NCBI GenBank assembly: GCA_016933575.1
Contig: JAFGAR010000101.1
Coordinates: forward strand, 96,001-160,000
DNA: 64,000 bases
Source: Candidatus Thorarchaeota archaeon
Lineage (GTDB): Archaea > Asgardarchaeota > Thorarchaeia > Thorarchaeales > Thorarchaeaceae
Direction of reading: 5' to 3'
Under the pieces are notes generated by a model that worked only from the letters and a program-made list of their open reading frames with translations, was not told where the DNA came from and searched no databases. The translations under genes and the position numbers were made by a program. Every line of letters starts with the position of its first letter. Position 1 is the first letter of the stretch. Shown in pieces: positions 11,017 to 20,763 of the stretch.

Positions 11017-11880
11017 CTACCACACATCCTTCAGAGTTGGATTTTCGTTTCTATCAACCATTTGAATTGCATTTTCTGGACAGGTTGTTGCGCACAAGCT
11101 GCAACCAAAACAACGCATGGCATCAATAAATGGTGCGTTCATGAGTGTATTGAAGTGCAGTGCTCCAAACTGGCATCGGGATGAACACTCTTCACATCCC
11201 GTACATTTCTGTAGATCAACCTGTGCAATATATTCTCCCTTATAGAGAAAATTGAGGTCATACTCCATTCTGATCCTTGTCGCAGCACATTCAGGTCTCT
11301 CACAACTACAGAGGGCTGCGATGTATGGAATTGGTCCAAACCAGACAGTATTCACTCTACCCGAATGATTCATCTGCTCGATGAACTCCTGAGCCTCATC
11401 TACATGCAGTCTTTCAGCACCTTTTTCTGGAATGAATCTTGGAAGTTTAGGGACCATTTCAGATAATGCTCCAAAGGTCAGACAGCAAGGGTCTTGAATA
11501 CCACGGCTCATTAATCGGCAGGCACAATTAACCTTGAGAACTGGACTAGCAATCTCCAAGACCTTCTTCGCATCGTCTAAAGTCACAACCTGTCCTGGAT
11601 GCCCCTCTGCTCTGTGAGGATTTCGTTTTCCTTTCTCCTTGCCAAACCATGAATTCACATATGCCTTAAGGGCTCTCCCCACAATTGGTGTACTGAACTT
11701 GTATCCTGGCCCTTTCATTGATATGCCATAGATTTTTTGAAGGTAGATCTTTTCGAATTGTTTCCAAAGCTCGAAGATATACTCATGCGCATTCGTTTCT
11801 CTGGCTGTTTCCTCAAGATAGTTCTTTGAATTGAGATACCACCTCTTACCTGCACCGTGTTTGAAGCACCACTCACACAT
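11017..11880 (-). CDS. 4Fe-4S dicluster-domain protein
   Basis: MCEWC..HG.G..WYL, CACR, CSC...C, CTGCEEC...C, CFGCSLC...CP; AGGTGA precedes the ATG at 11880. Confidence 0.85.
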   Translation of the reverse strand: MCEWCFKHGAGKRWYLNSKNYLEETARETNAHEYIFELWKQFEKIYLQKIYGISMKGPGYKFSTPIVGRALKAYVNSWFGKEKGKRNPHRAEGHPGQVVTLDDAKKVLEIASPVLKVNCACRLMSRGIQDPCCLTFGALSEMVPKLPRFIPEKGAERLHVDEAQEFIEQMNHSGRVNTVWFGPIPYIAALCSCERPECAATRIRMEYDLNFLYKGEYIAQVDLQKCTGCEECSSRCQFGALHFNTLMNAPFIDAMRCFGCSLCATTCPENAIQMVDRNENPTLKDVW

Positions 11881-12039
11881 CAAAGTCACCTGTGTATTTC
11901 ATTTCGAGCGCAATTCTCCAAGCCAAACCGACTATATTATGTTGTGTCTGATTAGATATTCTGCATCTGTTAGTTGCTTGCGAAATGTTCATTGCTTAGG
12001 AGTAATGGTTTTTGTATCATTATTGTTCATGAATGCATT

Positions 12040-12372
12040 ATGAATGATAAACTTCTGATAATCATTGCATCTGGCGATAGAGAAAAGGTATTGACAGCTC
12101 TAATGTATGCAAAGAACAATATCAGGTATGGATGGATTACTGAAGTTCAGGTGATATTCTTTGGTCCTTCTGAAAACTTACTAGTCAGTGATACCGATGT
12201 GACCACGTCAGCTGCTGAGCTAGCAAATCTAAGCCAGACCTTTGCCTGTCAATTGCTCTCAGACCGTGACAATATTACTGATAGAATTGAACGACTCGGT
12301 ATTGAGGTTGACTACGTTGGCACAATCATTGCTGATTTCTTGAGAGATGGATACATTCCTATGGTCTGGTAG
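12040..12372 (+). CDS. DsrE/DsrF-like protein
   Basis: KLLIIIASGD, VIFFGPSE, FAC, YVGTII...GY pattern. Confidence 0.8.
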   Translation: MNDKLLIIIASGDREKVLTALMYAKNNIRYGWITEVQVIFFGPSENLLVSDTDVTTSAAELANLSQTFACQLLSDRDNITDRIERLGIEVDYVGTIIADFLRDGYIPMVW

Positions 12373-12394
12373 ACATGGAATCAATAATCTTGAG

Positions 12395-13012
12395 TTATGA
12401 TAATTCACTTTTTTCATCCTTCTTAGCAAATATCCAATATTGCTTTTCTCCACCTAATGTCAGAATTCCTTCAAAGACTATAGAAAATCCAATTTCCTCA
12501 ACAAATTCAAGAGTTTTTCTTGGATCACTTGTACTCCATAGCATGGGTTCTCCAAAGAATTGACTCATCCCCTCTGATTCATATATCCCGGTATTGAGAA
12601 CAAGTATTCCATTAGTTTTCAGCATTTTATGAAAATTGTGAATAATGGTTCGATGGTTAGACCTTAGGATGTGCCATAAGGTGTACACACAAATTATACC
12701 ATCAAATGTATCATCCAGGAAGTCCATTGTGAGTAGATTCTTCTGGTAGAATCTGCCTTCAGGAACTTTTTGTTTTGCTAGTTCTATCATTCTTTTTGAA
12801 ATATCAACACCTGTTACGTTGAATCCTTTTTCCACTAAGAATTTCGATGTTGGTATTCCAACTCCACATCCTGCATCGAGGATTTGACCTGAGCTTGGAA
12901 GCAGTTCGATGAATTGTTCTAATTGGTTATTGAATTTCTCATTATCCCTGTAATTATGATACATCTCCCCCATTCTATCATAGCTCTCTTCAACTGTTTT
13001 GAATAGGTCCAT
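12395..13012 (-). CDS. Class I SAM-dependent methyltransferase
   Basis: ILDAGCGVG, GVDIS, FDGI motifs. Confidence 0.9.
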   Translation of the reverse strand: MDLFKTVEESYDRMGEMYHNYRDNEKFNNQLEQFIELLPSSGQILDAGCGVGIPTSKFLVEKGFNVTGVDISKRMIELAKQKVPEGRFYQKNLLTMDFLDDTFDGIICVYTLWHILRSNHRTIIHNFHKMLKTNGILVLNTGIYESEGMSQFFGEPMLWSTSDPRKTLEFVEEIGFSIVFEGILTLGGEKQYWIFAKKDEKSELS

Positions 13013-13036
13013 GTTTCTCGCTTCTACCTCCTGTGT

Positions 13037-14455
13037 TTAATGATGGTGCTCATGTTCGTGACCAAGTGGTCTCAGTCTTCCAAAAGCACGTTGAACAACT
13101 TCAGGAAGAGCTGGATGGATATGCATGGCTTGGAACATTGGATAAATCGTTCCATCCGGTGTGTACATCAGATTGATTATCTCTTGGATAAGAATTGGAG
13201 AGTAGGGTCCAACAATGCCTGCACCAAGGATTCTCCTGCTCTCTGCATCTACAATCACTCTCACTAGACTTGCAGGATTTCCCATCGCAAATCCTTTCGC
13301 AGCAACTGAGTAGTCTACCTCTCCTATGTATAGCTGATGTCCTGACTCTTTGGCTTCCTCGAGTGTCATGCCAACTGCTGCAATTGGTGGATATGAGAAT
13401 ACAGCCCTTGGGACAGCATGGTAATCCATTGTGAGGAATTCTTCATCTTTTTCATTTTTGATGACTTTGGAAAGATTAAACCATACTATCTGCGACTCAT
13501 CATTTGCTACATGTCTGAATTGGTACCGGCCAATAGCATCTCCGAATGCAAAGATGCCTTTCTTACTGGTCATGAAGTAGTCATCAACGATTATCCAGTC
13601 TTTTTCATCAGTCTTGACTCCAGTCTTTTCAGGTTTAAAGAGATCCGCATTGGAACGCCTACCAACTGCTAAGAGCAGGGTCTCTCCACGAAATTCTTTC
13701 ACTTCACCAGAACTACGATCTTTGACAAAAACAACCTTCTGGTCTTTCTCTTCTTTGACCTCAATGACTTCATGATTTGTGAATACGTTCATTCTCTTTG
13801 AGAGTTCTTTCCGAAGTATTTCGGAGATATCCTTGTCTTCATTTTTCAGTAAGTAAGGATTTCTTCCAATGATTGTGACATCCACGCCAATAGCTGAGAA
13901 GAAGTGCCCAAATTCCGCTGCAATATATCCTCCTCCTATGATAATCATTGATTTTGGTTTCTCCTTCAAATGAAGTGCATCATCATCAAGGAGATACGAA
14001 ACATTATCCAGTCCTTTTATGTCGGGTATGACTGGACGTGAACCTGCTGCAATCACAATATGTGGAGCTGTGATTTTTTCACCATTGATCTCCATTATAT
14101 AATCATCAACAAAGTAACCTGTCCCTTTGTACCAATCTATTCCTTCAGCAGCATCAACTGAATCTCCTTGCTCTTTGCTAGAATCATCGACTTCTTTTCT
14201 CATTCGATTCATTATCCAAGGAAAATCAATGTCCTCAATCTTTATTTTCACTCCCAAGGATTCGAGGTGTTTAGCTTGGGTAATGATATCTGCAACATAG
14301 GTGAGGATCTTAGTGGGAATACAACCACGGTTTAAACAGGTACCTCCCATTGGTCCATGTTCGACAACAGCAACTTTCAGACCTTGATCATAGGCTGCTG
14401 AAGCTATATTCATACCTGCTCCAGAACCTAGGACTACCAAATCGTACTTCTTCAT
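13037..14455 (-). CDS. Class I pyridine nucleotide-disulfide oxidoreductase (dihydrolipoamide dehydrogenase / mycothione reductase-like)
   Basis: GSGAG, GGTCLNRGCIPTK, GGGYIAAE, HPALPE; His-rich C-terminus. Confidence 0.88.
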   Translation of the reverse strand: MKKYDLVVLGSGAGMNIASAAYDQGLKVAVVEHGPMGGTCLNRGCIPTKILTYVADIITQAKHLESLGVKIKIEDIDFPWIMNRMRKEVDDSSKEQGDSVDAAEGIDWYKGTGYFVDDYIMEINGEKITAPHIVIAAGSRPVIPDIKGLDNVSYLLDDDALHLKEKPKSMIIIGGGYIAAEFGHFFSAIGVDVTIIGRNPYLLKNEDKDISEILRKELSKRMNVFTNHEVIEVKEEKDQKVVFVKDRSSGEVKEFRGETLLLAVGRRSNADLFKPEKTGVKTDEKDWIIVDDYFMTSKKGIFAFGDAIGRYQFRHVANDESQIVWFNLSKVIKNEKDEEFLTMDYHAVPRAVFSYPPIAAVGMTLEEAKESGHQLYIGEVDYSVAAKGFAMGNPASLVRVIVDAESRRILGAGIVGPYSPILIQEIINLMYTPDGTIYPMFQAMHIHPALPEVVQRAFGRLRPLGHEHEHHH

Positions 14456-14560
14456 AATATTAACAATTGTGAATATATTAATAAGTATGTGGGTGTGGTA
14501 TGCCTACTATTTTTGTCAGACCACACAGCAAACGGATATTATACAGTTGGTGTGTCCTGA

Positions 14561-14740
14561 TACTATTACATCTCTGGTTTTGCAGAGCGTATAGACCACT
14601 ATCCGCAAGGGCTTCTTGGAACCACTAATAATTGCACTCAAGTAAATCTGCTACCAGAAGAGATTAACCAAATTGTTTTGGTGAGCTCAGCGATCATCGT
14701 AATTACTATGATAGCTGTGGTAACTCGAGTTAAACGATGA
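14561..14740 (+). pseudogene. C-terminal remnant of a NosD/CASH-type membrane-anchored surface protein
   Basis: Start-less frame YYYISGFAERIDHYPQGLLGTTNN...IVLVSSAIIVITMIAVVTRVKR* aligns with YSIAGAAESFDRHP and YSIPGTAGSVDNHP plus the TM of the two intact paralogues; an in-frame TGA precedes it. Confidence 0.7.
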
Positions 14741-14764
14741 TTATGAAACATGGGAAATTAAGAA

Positions 14765-15976
14765 TTACATTAACTCCCAGGATGTAGCCATACTTACTCC
14801 ACCGCCACCACATAGTGTTGCCATTCCTGACCTGAGACCTCTCTTCTTTAATGCGTGTAAGAGTGTGATCACGATTCTTGCACCTGTACAGCCTACAGGA
14901 TGACCCAGGCCGATACCTGAACCATTGGCATTCACAATATCCCTATCAAATCCCAGAGGTTTTAGTCCCTTCTCAACAGCCAAAAACTGACTCGCAAATG
15001 CCTCATTGAGTTCAATTAGATCCCAGTCTGAGAATCCCTCACCCGTTCTGTCTATGAGATTTTTTACAGCTGGGACTGGTGACTCTCCCATCAGGTGTGG
15101 TTCACTGCAACCCATACCATACCCACGTAATTTGGCAATAGGTTTCAGTCCGAGTGTATCCGCTTGCTCCAGCGACATTATGACCATCGCGGCTGCACCA
15201 TCATTAATTCCGCTAGAGTTGCCAGCAGTCACAGTTCCATCCTTTTTGAACGCAGGTTTTAGTTTAGCTAGATCATCCATCGTCAATCCAGGTCTGAAAT
15301 GTTCATCAGCTTCTACGATTGTTGAGCCTTTTCTTCCTGAGATTTCTATTGGCACAATCTCCTCTTTAAAATCACCTTCTTTCGTTGCTCTTTCAGCATT
15401 ATTGTGCGATTTGAGTGCGACAATGTCTTGGTCTTCTCGGGTGAAACCGTGTTTATCATTCAAAAACTCTGCAGTCTCACCCATAATGTATGGTTTTCCG
15501 GTCTCAGGATGAGGATAGAAGTGGCTTCCAGCATGAAGACCAGTTGTTAATGCATCCAGAAATACTCCATCGAAGAGTCTAAGTCCCCATCTCGCGTTCT
15601 CCACACAGTATGGGACATTAGACATTGACTCAACACCACCTGCTAGAACAACATCAGTAAAACCCGTCTGTATTTGGAGTGCTCCACTTACAATTGCCTC
15701 CATTGCTGATGTGCATACACGGTTTATGGTGACTGCTGGAACCGTATATGGAATTCCAGCCAGGAGTGCAGAAACCCGCCCAATATTCAGAGCTTTGACA
15801 GGCTCAAGGCAATTCCCAATCCTTACATCCCCGATGATGTCAGGTTCTATTCCTGCTCTTTCTATAGCAGCTCGAATCACTTTGGCTGCCAGTTCTGGAG
15901 CCTGAATATCTTTCAATGAACCTCCGAATGTTCCGATTGGGCTTCGACATGCGGATACAACAACAATATCTTTCAT
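14765..15976 (-). CDS. Acetyl-CoA C-acetyltransferase (thiolase)
   Basis: NRVCTSAM, NSSGINDGAA, NEAF, GHPVG, CGGGG. Confidence 0.95.
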   Translation of the reverse strand: MKDIVVVSACRSPIGTFGGSLKDIQAPELAAKVIRAAIERAGIEPDIIGDVRIGNCLEPVKALNIGRVSALLAGIPYTVPAVTINRVCTSAMEAIVSGALQIQTGFTDVVLAGGVESMSNVPYCVENARWGLRLFDGVFLDALTTGLHAGSHFYPHPETGKPYIMGETAEFLNDKHGFTREDQDIVALKSHNNAERATKEGDFKEEIVPIEISGRKGSTIVEADEHFRPGLTMDDLAKLKPAFKKDGTVTAGNSSGINDGAAAMVIMSLEQADTLGLKPIAKLRGYGMGCSEPHLMGESPVPAVKNLIDRTGEGFSDWDLIELNEAFASQFLAVEKGLKPLGFDRDIVNANGSGIGLGHPVGCTGARIVITLLHALKKRGLRSGMATLCGGGGVSMATSWELM

Positions 15977-16161
15977 ATTTCAATCCTAAGATAAAGTACC
16001 TTATATCGTGCTTGGTTCTGGGAGTCTTCAAGTCCAGTATTTTCTATGTGTGCCTTCGACTACAAGCCAATTTAAGATAGGTAATGATGTTAGTTCTTCC
16101 TCTGGTCAGGCTTTGATGTGAAGATATCAATGGAAGGAGATAGGAATTAAAACGGGAAAGT

Positions 16162-16276
16162 AGTGGTTGGTTTGACTCCGAATTATTGAACTATTATGGG
16201 ACCCACAGCCCATGGAGGAGAGTAGTCACCTGACCTGGGGCAGATCACCTCTTTCGGGTCTGCCCCATCTACCACT
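16162..16276. ncRNA. Candidate structured RNA upstream of thrS
   Basis: Closing AGTGGT/ACCACT, GC-rich TGGGGCAGA/TCTGCCCCA hairpin, ATGGG/CCCAT and TGACT/AGTCA pairings in an otherwise AT-rich intergenic region. Confidence 0.4.
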
Positions 16277-16346
16277 CAGTTTTGTAGCCTTGCATCAAGC
16301 TTAAGTGGTAAACAGGTTTCATTAATCAAATACTGAGGTCGAAACA

Positions 16347-18239
16347 ATGAGGATGCTTCAGATACATAGCGATGGCTTTAGCTACGAGGCAAAACGAAAA
16401 GCATTGAAAACTGCAGAAGATCTTGAAGAGAAAGTCTACAAGACTGATGACTCTTGTCTTGTCAACTTCATTGCAGCTGAGACTATTGATGAAACAAATC
16501 TCAAAGGTGCTGCTGAAAAGACTGCAGATATGATAGCGTCAGCGGCTGAAGAGGTCAAAGAAACTAATATTGTAGTATATCCTTGGGTCCATCTATCTGA
16601 AACGCCCTCGAAACCGAGTAGTGCAATGAAACTACTGAAGGATGTAACTTCGAATCTCAGAAATCGTGGGTTGAATGTCGTGCAGGTTCCCTTTGGCTGG
16701 TACAAGGCATTTGAGATTCATTGTAAGGGCCACCCACTGGCTGAACGTTCAAAAGTTCTTGATATCTCGAAAGAGATTGCAAAGGCTGCACATGTCGATG
16801 TCACCGAAGGAGAAGATCTCACTGCTCTCCAAGCAGAGGAGAAGTCAACCTCAAGATTCTACATCATGGAACCCAACGGGAACATGACTGATGTCAAGGA
16901 GTTCAACTATAAGAAATACAAAGAGCTCGAGATTTATGTAAACTATGAGACTGCAAAAGATCGTACTGTGCATGAACCACCTCCGCACATTGAGATTATG
17001 AAGAATTTAGAATTGGTTGATTATGAACCAGGGTCAGATGCAGGCAATTTTCGATGGCCACCAAGAGGTCTCACTCTAAAGAAAGCGGTCGAGGAGCGTG
17101 TCACTTCAGAAATGGTAGATTATGGAGCTCATGTCGTTCAGACTCCACTTATCTATGATTATGCACATCCATCTCTGAAATCATATCTTCAGAGATTCCC
17201 ATCAAGACAATATGTTGTGCGTTCTGGAGACCGTGACTACTTTGCCCGTTTCTCCGCCTGTTTTGGTCAATTTCTCTTAATATCACAGGCACAGATTTCT
17301 TACAAACAACTACCACTGAAGCTTTTTGAAATAGCCCCCTCATATAGACGAGAACAAAGTGGCGAATTGGCAGGTATGCGACGTCCACGAGCATTCACAA
17401 TGCCTGATATCCACGAAATAGTTGCTGACACTGAAATGGCAAAGGATGCAGTGAACAATCAACTAGTCTTTGTGACCAAATTGATGAACGAGCTCGAACT
17501 AAGCTATGAAGTGTCTTTCAGAATTCTACAGTCTTTCTTTGATGAAAACAAAGAATTTGTTGAAGGTGTCATTACCAAAGTAGGAAAACCTGTGATGTTG
17601 GAACTCTTCGATGAGAGATATGCCTATTTCATCTTTAAGGGTGAATGGAATGTTGTCGATGAGCAAAAGAAAGCTGCATGTTTAGCCACTATTCAAATCG
17701 ATGTAGAGAATGGTGAGCGTTTCAATATAAAATATGTAGATCAAGATGGTAAAGAACAATATCCACTAATCCTTCATACCTCGCCCTCTGGCTCGATTGA
17801 AAGAATTCTCTATGGCGTATTAGAACAAGCTTCAAAGGATATGAAAGTGGGCAAAGTTCCTCACCTTCCTCTCTGGATGACGCCTGTACAAGTACGGTTG
17901 GTCCCTGTTAATGAGAATTTCATCGATTATTGTACTTCAATATGTGAAACGCTCGATAAAGCAGGAGTGCGATATGAGATTGATGACCGCCAACTGACTC
18001 TTGGCAAGAAGATACGTTCTGCAGAAAAGCTTTGGATACCCTATATCGCAGTAATCGGTGATAAGGAGAAAGAGAGTGGAGAGTTAGCTGTAAGACGACG
18101 TGAGAATAAAGATCAGGTTCTGATGAAGATTGAAGAATTGATATCTGAAATCGATGCAAAGACCAATTTTGCACCAAAGCAGAGATTACTACTTCCAAAT
18201 ATGATATCCCGGCAACCAATATTCTCTCGTGAAGTCTAA
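16347..18239 (+). CDS. thrS: Threonyl-tRNA synthetase, archaeal type with N-terminal editing domain
   Basis: MRMLQIHSD, YPWVHLS, PFGWYKAF..HCKGHPLAE, SACFGQF, RAFTMPD.H, HTSPSGSIER, anticodon-binding domain. Confidence 0.97.
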   Translation: MRMLQIHSDGFSYEAKRKALKTAEDLEEKVYKTDDSCLVNFIAAETIDETNLKGAAEKTADMIASAAEEVKETNIVVYPWVHLSETPSKPSSAMKLLKDVTSNLRNRGLNVVQVPFGWYKAFEIHCKGHPLAERSKVLDISKEIAKAAHVDVTEGEDLTALQAEEKSTSRFYIMEPNGNMTDVKEFNYKKYKELEIYVNYETAKDRTVHEPPPHIEIMKNLELVDYEPGSDAGNFRWPPRGLTLKKAVEERVTSEMVDYGAHVVQTPLIYDYAHPSLKSYLQRFPSRQYVVRSGDRDYFARFSACFGQFLLISQAQISYKQLPLKLFEIAPSYRREQSGELAGMRRPRAFTMPDIHEIVADTEMAKDAVNNQLVFVTKLMNELELSYEVSFRILQSFFDENKEFVEGVITKVGKPVMLELFDERYAYFIFKGEWNVVDEQKKAACLATIQIDVENGERFNIKYVDQDGKEQYPLILHTSPSGSIERILYGVLEQASKDMKVGKVPHLPLWMTPVQVRLVPVNENFIDYCTSICETLDKAGVRYEIDDRQLTLGKKIRSAEKLWIPYIAVIGDKEKESGELAVRRRENKDQVLMKIEELISEIDAKTNFAPKQRLLLPNMISRQPIFSREV

Positions 18240-18251
18240 TGACTTCCTCTA

Positions 18252-18292
18252 ATTTCCTCTAATTACAAAATTCAGCGGCAATTGGAGGAAAT
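18252..18292 (+). terminator. Hairpin after thrS, with a tandem TTCCTCTAAT duplication
   Basis: ATTTCCTCTAATT / AATTGGAGGAAAT pairing (one G-U), followed by a T-rich tract. Confidence 0.45.
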
Positions 18293-18385
18293 CCTATATT
18301 TTTCTTAGATAATGACTCTATTCGATACTGTTTTTACTAGCCATGCACTTAGTCTAAGTTGTCTTGACTTGAAGGAGAGAGTGAG

Positions 18386-19528
18386 ATGAAGATAGGCATC
18401 ATAGGTAGTGGTCAAATGGGTCGCGGGGCAGCCTTTGACCTTGCTAAACAGGATTCGGTTGATGAAATTCTACTTGCAGATATAGACCTACAAAATGCTG
18501 AGGCACTAGCTAAAGAAGTTGGTCCAAAGGCTAAGGCTGAGAAGGTTGATGCAAAGAATCGAAGTCAACTTGTTAAATTCTTTAACAAGGTAGACTCGGT
18601 CATAAGCGCAGTCAGTTATACTGTCAATGTACTTCATACCGAAGTTGCGATAGAGACTCAGACACACCTATGTGATCTTGGCGGCGGATGGGTCATAGTA
18701 GAAAAGCAACTTGAAATGAATGAAGCAGCAAAAACTGCTAATGTCACAATAGTTCCTGATTGTGGATTGGCTCCTGGAATGGTTAGTGTTCTAGCTCGTC
18801 ATGGGATAGAATATCTAGATAAAGTAGATAGTGTCAAGATTCGTGTTGGCGGACTTCAACAAGAGCCTAGACCTCCATTAAATTACTCTCTGATCTTCTC
18901 AGTTGAAGGCCTTATCAACGAGTATGTTGAGCCATGCATTGCCCTGCGTAATGGTAAGATAGTAAAAGAAGAACCGTTGATCGGTTTCGAAGAAATAACA
19001 TTTCCTGAACCCTATGGAAAGCTTGAGGCATTCAACACAAGTGGTGGAACATCAACCCTTCCTCAAACCTATCTCGGTAAAGTTGACGAGCTTGACTATA
19101 AGACAATCCGCTATCCTGGTCATGGACATAAGATGTGGACTCTCCTAAAACTCGGTCTTATGGATAGTAAATCAATTGAAGTAGATGGCTCAAAAATTGC
19201 GCCAAGACGTGTTCTTGAAACCCTTCTGGAAAAGAATTTGCCTCCCTCAGGAAAAGATGTGACACTGATTCGAGTAATGGTTGAGGGATGGAAAGGAACA
19301 GAATCTAGAATTGTTGAATATGAAGTGATTGATCTGTTTGATGAAAAGACCGGATTGACATCGATGATGAGAACAACTTCGTTCCCTGCGGCTGTCACTG
19401 CAATAATGATGGCTGACGGTCGTATTGAAAATCGAGGTGTATTGACTCCAGAACGTTGTATTCCACCAGGACCCTTCATCGAGGAGTTACGAGAACGTGG
19501 AATAGATATTAAACAAAGAATTGTATAG
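18386..19528 (+). CDS. Saccharopine dehydrogenase / lysine 6-dehydrogenase family protein
   Basis: GSGQMG, DLGG, DCGLAPG, FS.EGLINEY, LEAFNTSGG, YKTIRYPGH, SMMRTT. Confidence 0.9.
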   Translation: MKIGIIGSGQMGRGAAFDLAKQDSVDEILLADIDLQNAEALAKEVGPKAKAEKVDAKNRSQLVKFFNKVDSVISAVSYTVNVLHTEVAIETQTHLCDLGGGWVIVEKQLEMNEAAKTANVTIVPDCGLAPGMVSVLARHGIEYLDKVDSVKIRVGGLQQEPRPPLNYSLIFSVEGLINEYVEPCIALRNGKIVKEEPLIGFEEITFPEPYGKLEAFNTSGGTSTLPQTYLGKVDELDYKTIRYPGHGHKMWTLLKLGLMDSKSIEVDGSKIAPRRVLETLLEKNLPPSGKDVTLIRVMVEGWKGTESRIVEYEVIDLFDEKTGLTSMMRTTSFPAAVTAIMMADGRIENRGVLTPERCIPPGPFIEELRERGIDIKQRIV

Positions 19529-19758
19529 AACTTGTCCAATTATTCTCTAGCTTCGTAAGTCAATCAAAGAGAAATCACGAATAGTGGGTCTCCATTGAAG
19601 TATAACTATGAAATCATTATTACAAAAATCACAATTAAACCATTTTAAACAACTAGAGACACATTTTAATCTTGCAAGAAGAGTTTATGAGTCTCTGCGA
19701 TTTTAGATTGCTAACAAATCTTAACATTATCATGAAAGAATCGCTAAGAAGTATGATT

Positions 19759-19795
19759 TGTACATAACTATGTGTACATAATAATGTATATATAC
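19759..19795. promoter_or_regulatory. Repeated TGTACA(TAA) boxes overlapping a TATA element upstream of the HTH gene
   Basis: TGTACATAA at 19759 and 19773, TGTATATAT at 19785. Confidence 0.45.
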
Positions 19796-19824
19796 TTCTG
19801 AGACCTAATCATATTCGATTCAAT

Positions 19825-20109
19825 ATGCTTCTTCCACTATCATCACCACGAGTCGATATTGGCCAAGCAATGGCAGCTGTTCTGCAAGTATTGAAAGATT
19901 GTCCGAATATGACAATTGCAGGGCTTGCAAAAGCCACAGGTATCGATCGTAGAACTGTGGGTAAAGCAATTGATCTCATTCTAAAAGTGCAAGAGAGTCT
20001 TTCTTCTCAGAAGATGGAAAAAGAACGAGTTGGAAAAACTTGGATAATCTCTATTGCAAAGAGGACTTCTGAATTTATTGGTACTGCGAAAGGGAAAGTT
20101 CGTAGGTGA
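19825..20109 (+). CDS. Small winged-HTH protein
   Basis: MTIAGLAKATGIDRRTVGKAI helix-turn-helix followed by a beta wing. Confidence 0.75.
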   Translation: MLLPLSSPRVDIGQAMAAVLQVLKDCPNMTIAGLAKATGIDRRTVGKAIDLILKVQESLSSQKMEKERVGKTWIISIAKRTSEFIGTAKGKVRR

Positions 20110-20120
20110 GGGGAGTTCAG

Positions 20121-20651
20121 ATGAGTTCACGGGTTTCAAGTTTCATACTTCTAATGATATTTGGTGTCCTTAGTACAATCACATTGAATGTTATGTGGAC
20201 CACCTTTGGACACTTGACAATCTACCACATGATGCTTATTTTTATTATTGCATCACTCGGAGAGAGTATCGTATCATCACAGGGATATTATCACTATACC
20301 CGACAAGAGAGAAATGGACCTTTCATTAGAAATGTACCTATCTGGATTGCTTTCCTCTGGACATTTTCTATTCAAGGTAGTCTGCTCATAGCTCTTCTAG
20401 CAGGAGCTACAGGCATACAAGCTATTCTTGCATCAGGTCTGATTGCATGTCTAGCAGATTTAATTCTCTTCGAACCCTTTCTATGTCGAAATAAGCAACT
20501 CTGGAGATGGACTCCTGTGACAAATGGTTATTTCAGGTTCATCCCTTCAAGATTCAATCGTTTTACCGCGCCGTTAGGGAATTACATCACATGGTTCCTT
20601 TTCCCCATAATTGCAAATGGATTTCTAGGTCTTCTTACACTTATCTTCTAA
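20121..20651 (+). CDS. Membrane protein, CruF/DUF422 (carotenoid hydratase-like) family
   Basis: E......GYYHY, VP.WI...W, DL..EP, W.W, PLGNY..W across about 5 TM segments. Confidence 0.65.
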   Translation: MSSRVSSFILLMIFGVLSTITLNVMWTTFGHLTIYHMMLIFIIASLGESIVSSQGYYHYTRQERNGPFIRNVPIWIAFLWTFSIQGSLLIALLAGATGIQAILASGLIACLADLILFEPFLCRNKQLWRWTPVTNGYFRFIPSRFNRFTAPLGNYITWFLFPIIANGFLGLLTLIF

Positions 20652-20661
20652 ACCCTATTCC

Positions 20662-20695
20662 GAGGAGTCATCAACAATATTATTGATGACTCCTC
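20662..20695 (+). terminator. Hairpin terminator-like element
   Basis: 13-bp perfect GAGGAGTCATCAA/TTGATGACTCCTC 10 nt after the stop. Confidence 0.6.
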
Positions 20696-20763
20696 ACCTC
20701 AATTTCGCAAGCGTTTTGGAATGATTAATCTGGTAGAATGTCACTCACTTCTTTGTGATTTCC

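Noticed and set aside
1-12372. Selenocysteine readthrough or SECIS at TGA-ending redox genes and nearby hairpins
   Set aside because: The TGAs fall at normal C-termini, not at conserved Cys positions, and I see no convincing SECIS core.
16197-16203. TGGGACC upstream of thrS matching the T-box UGGNACC bulge
   Set aside because: Flanking T-box consensus, stem I and a specifier loop are missing, and T-boxes are bacterial.
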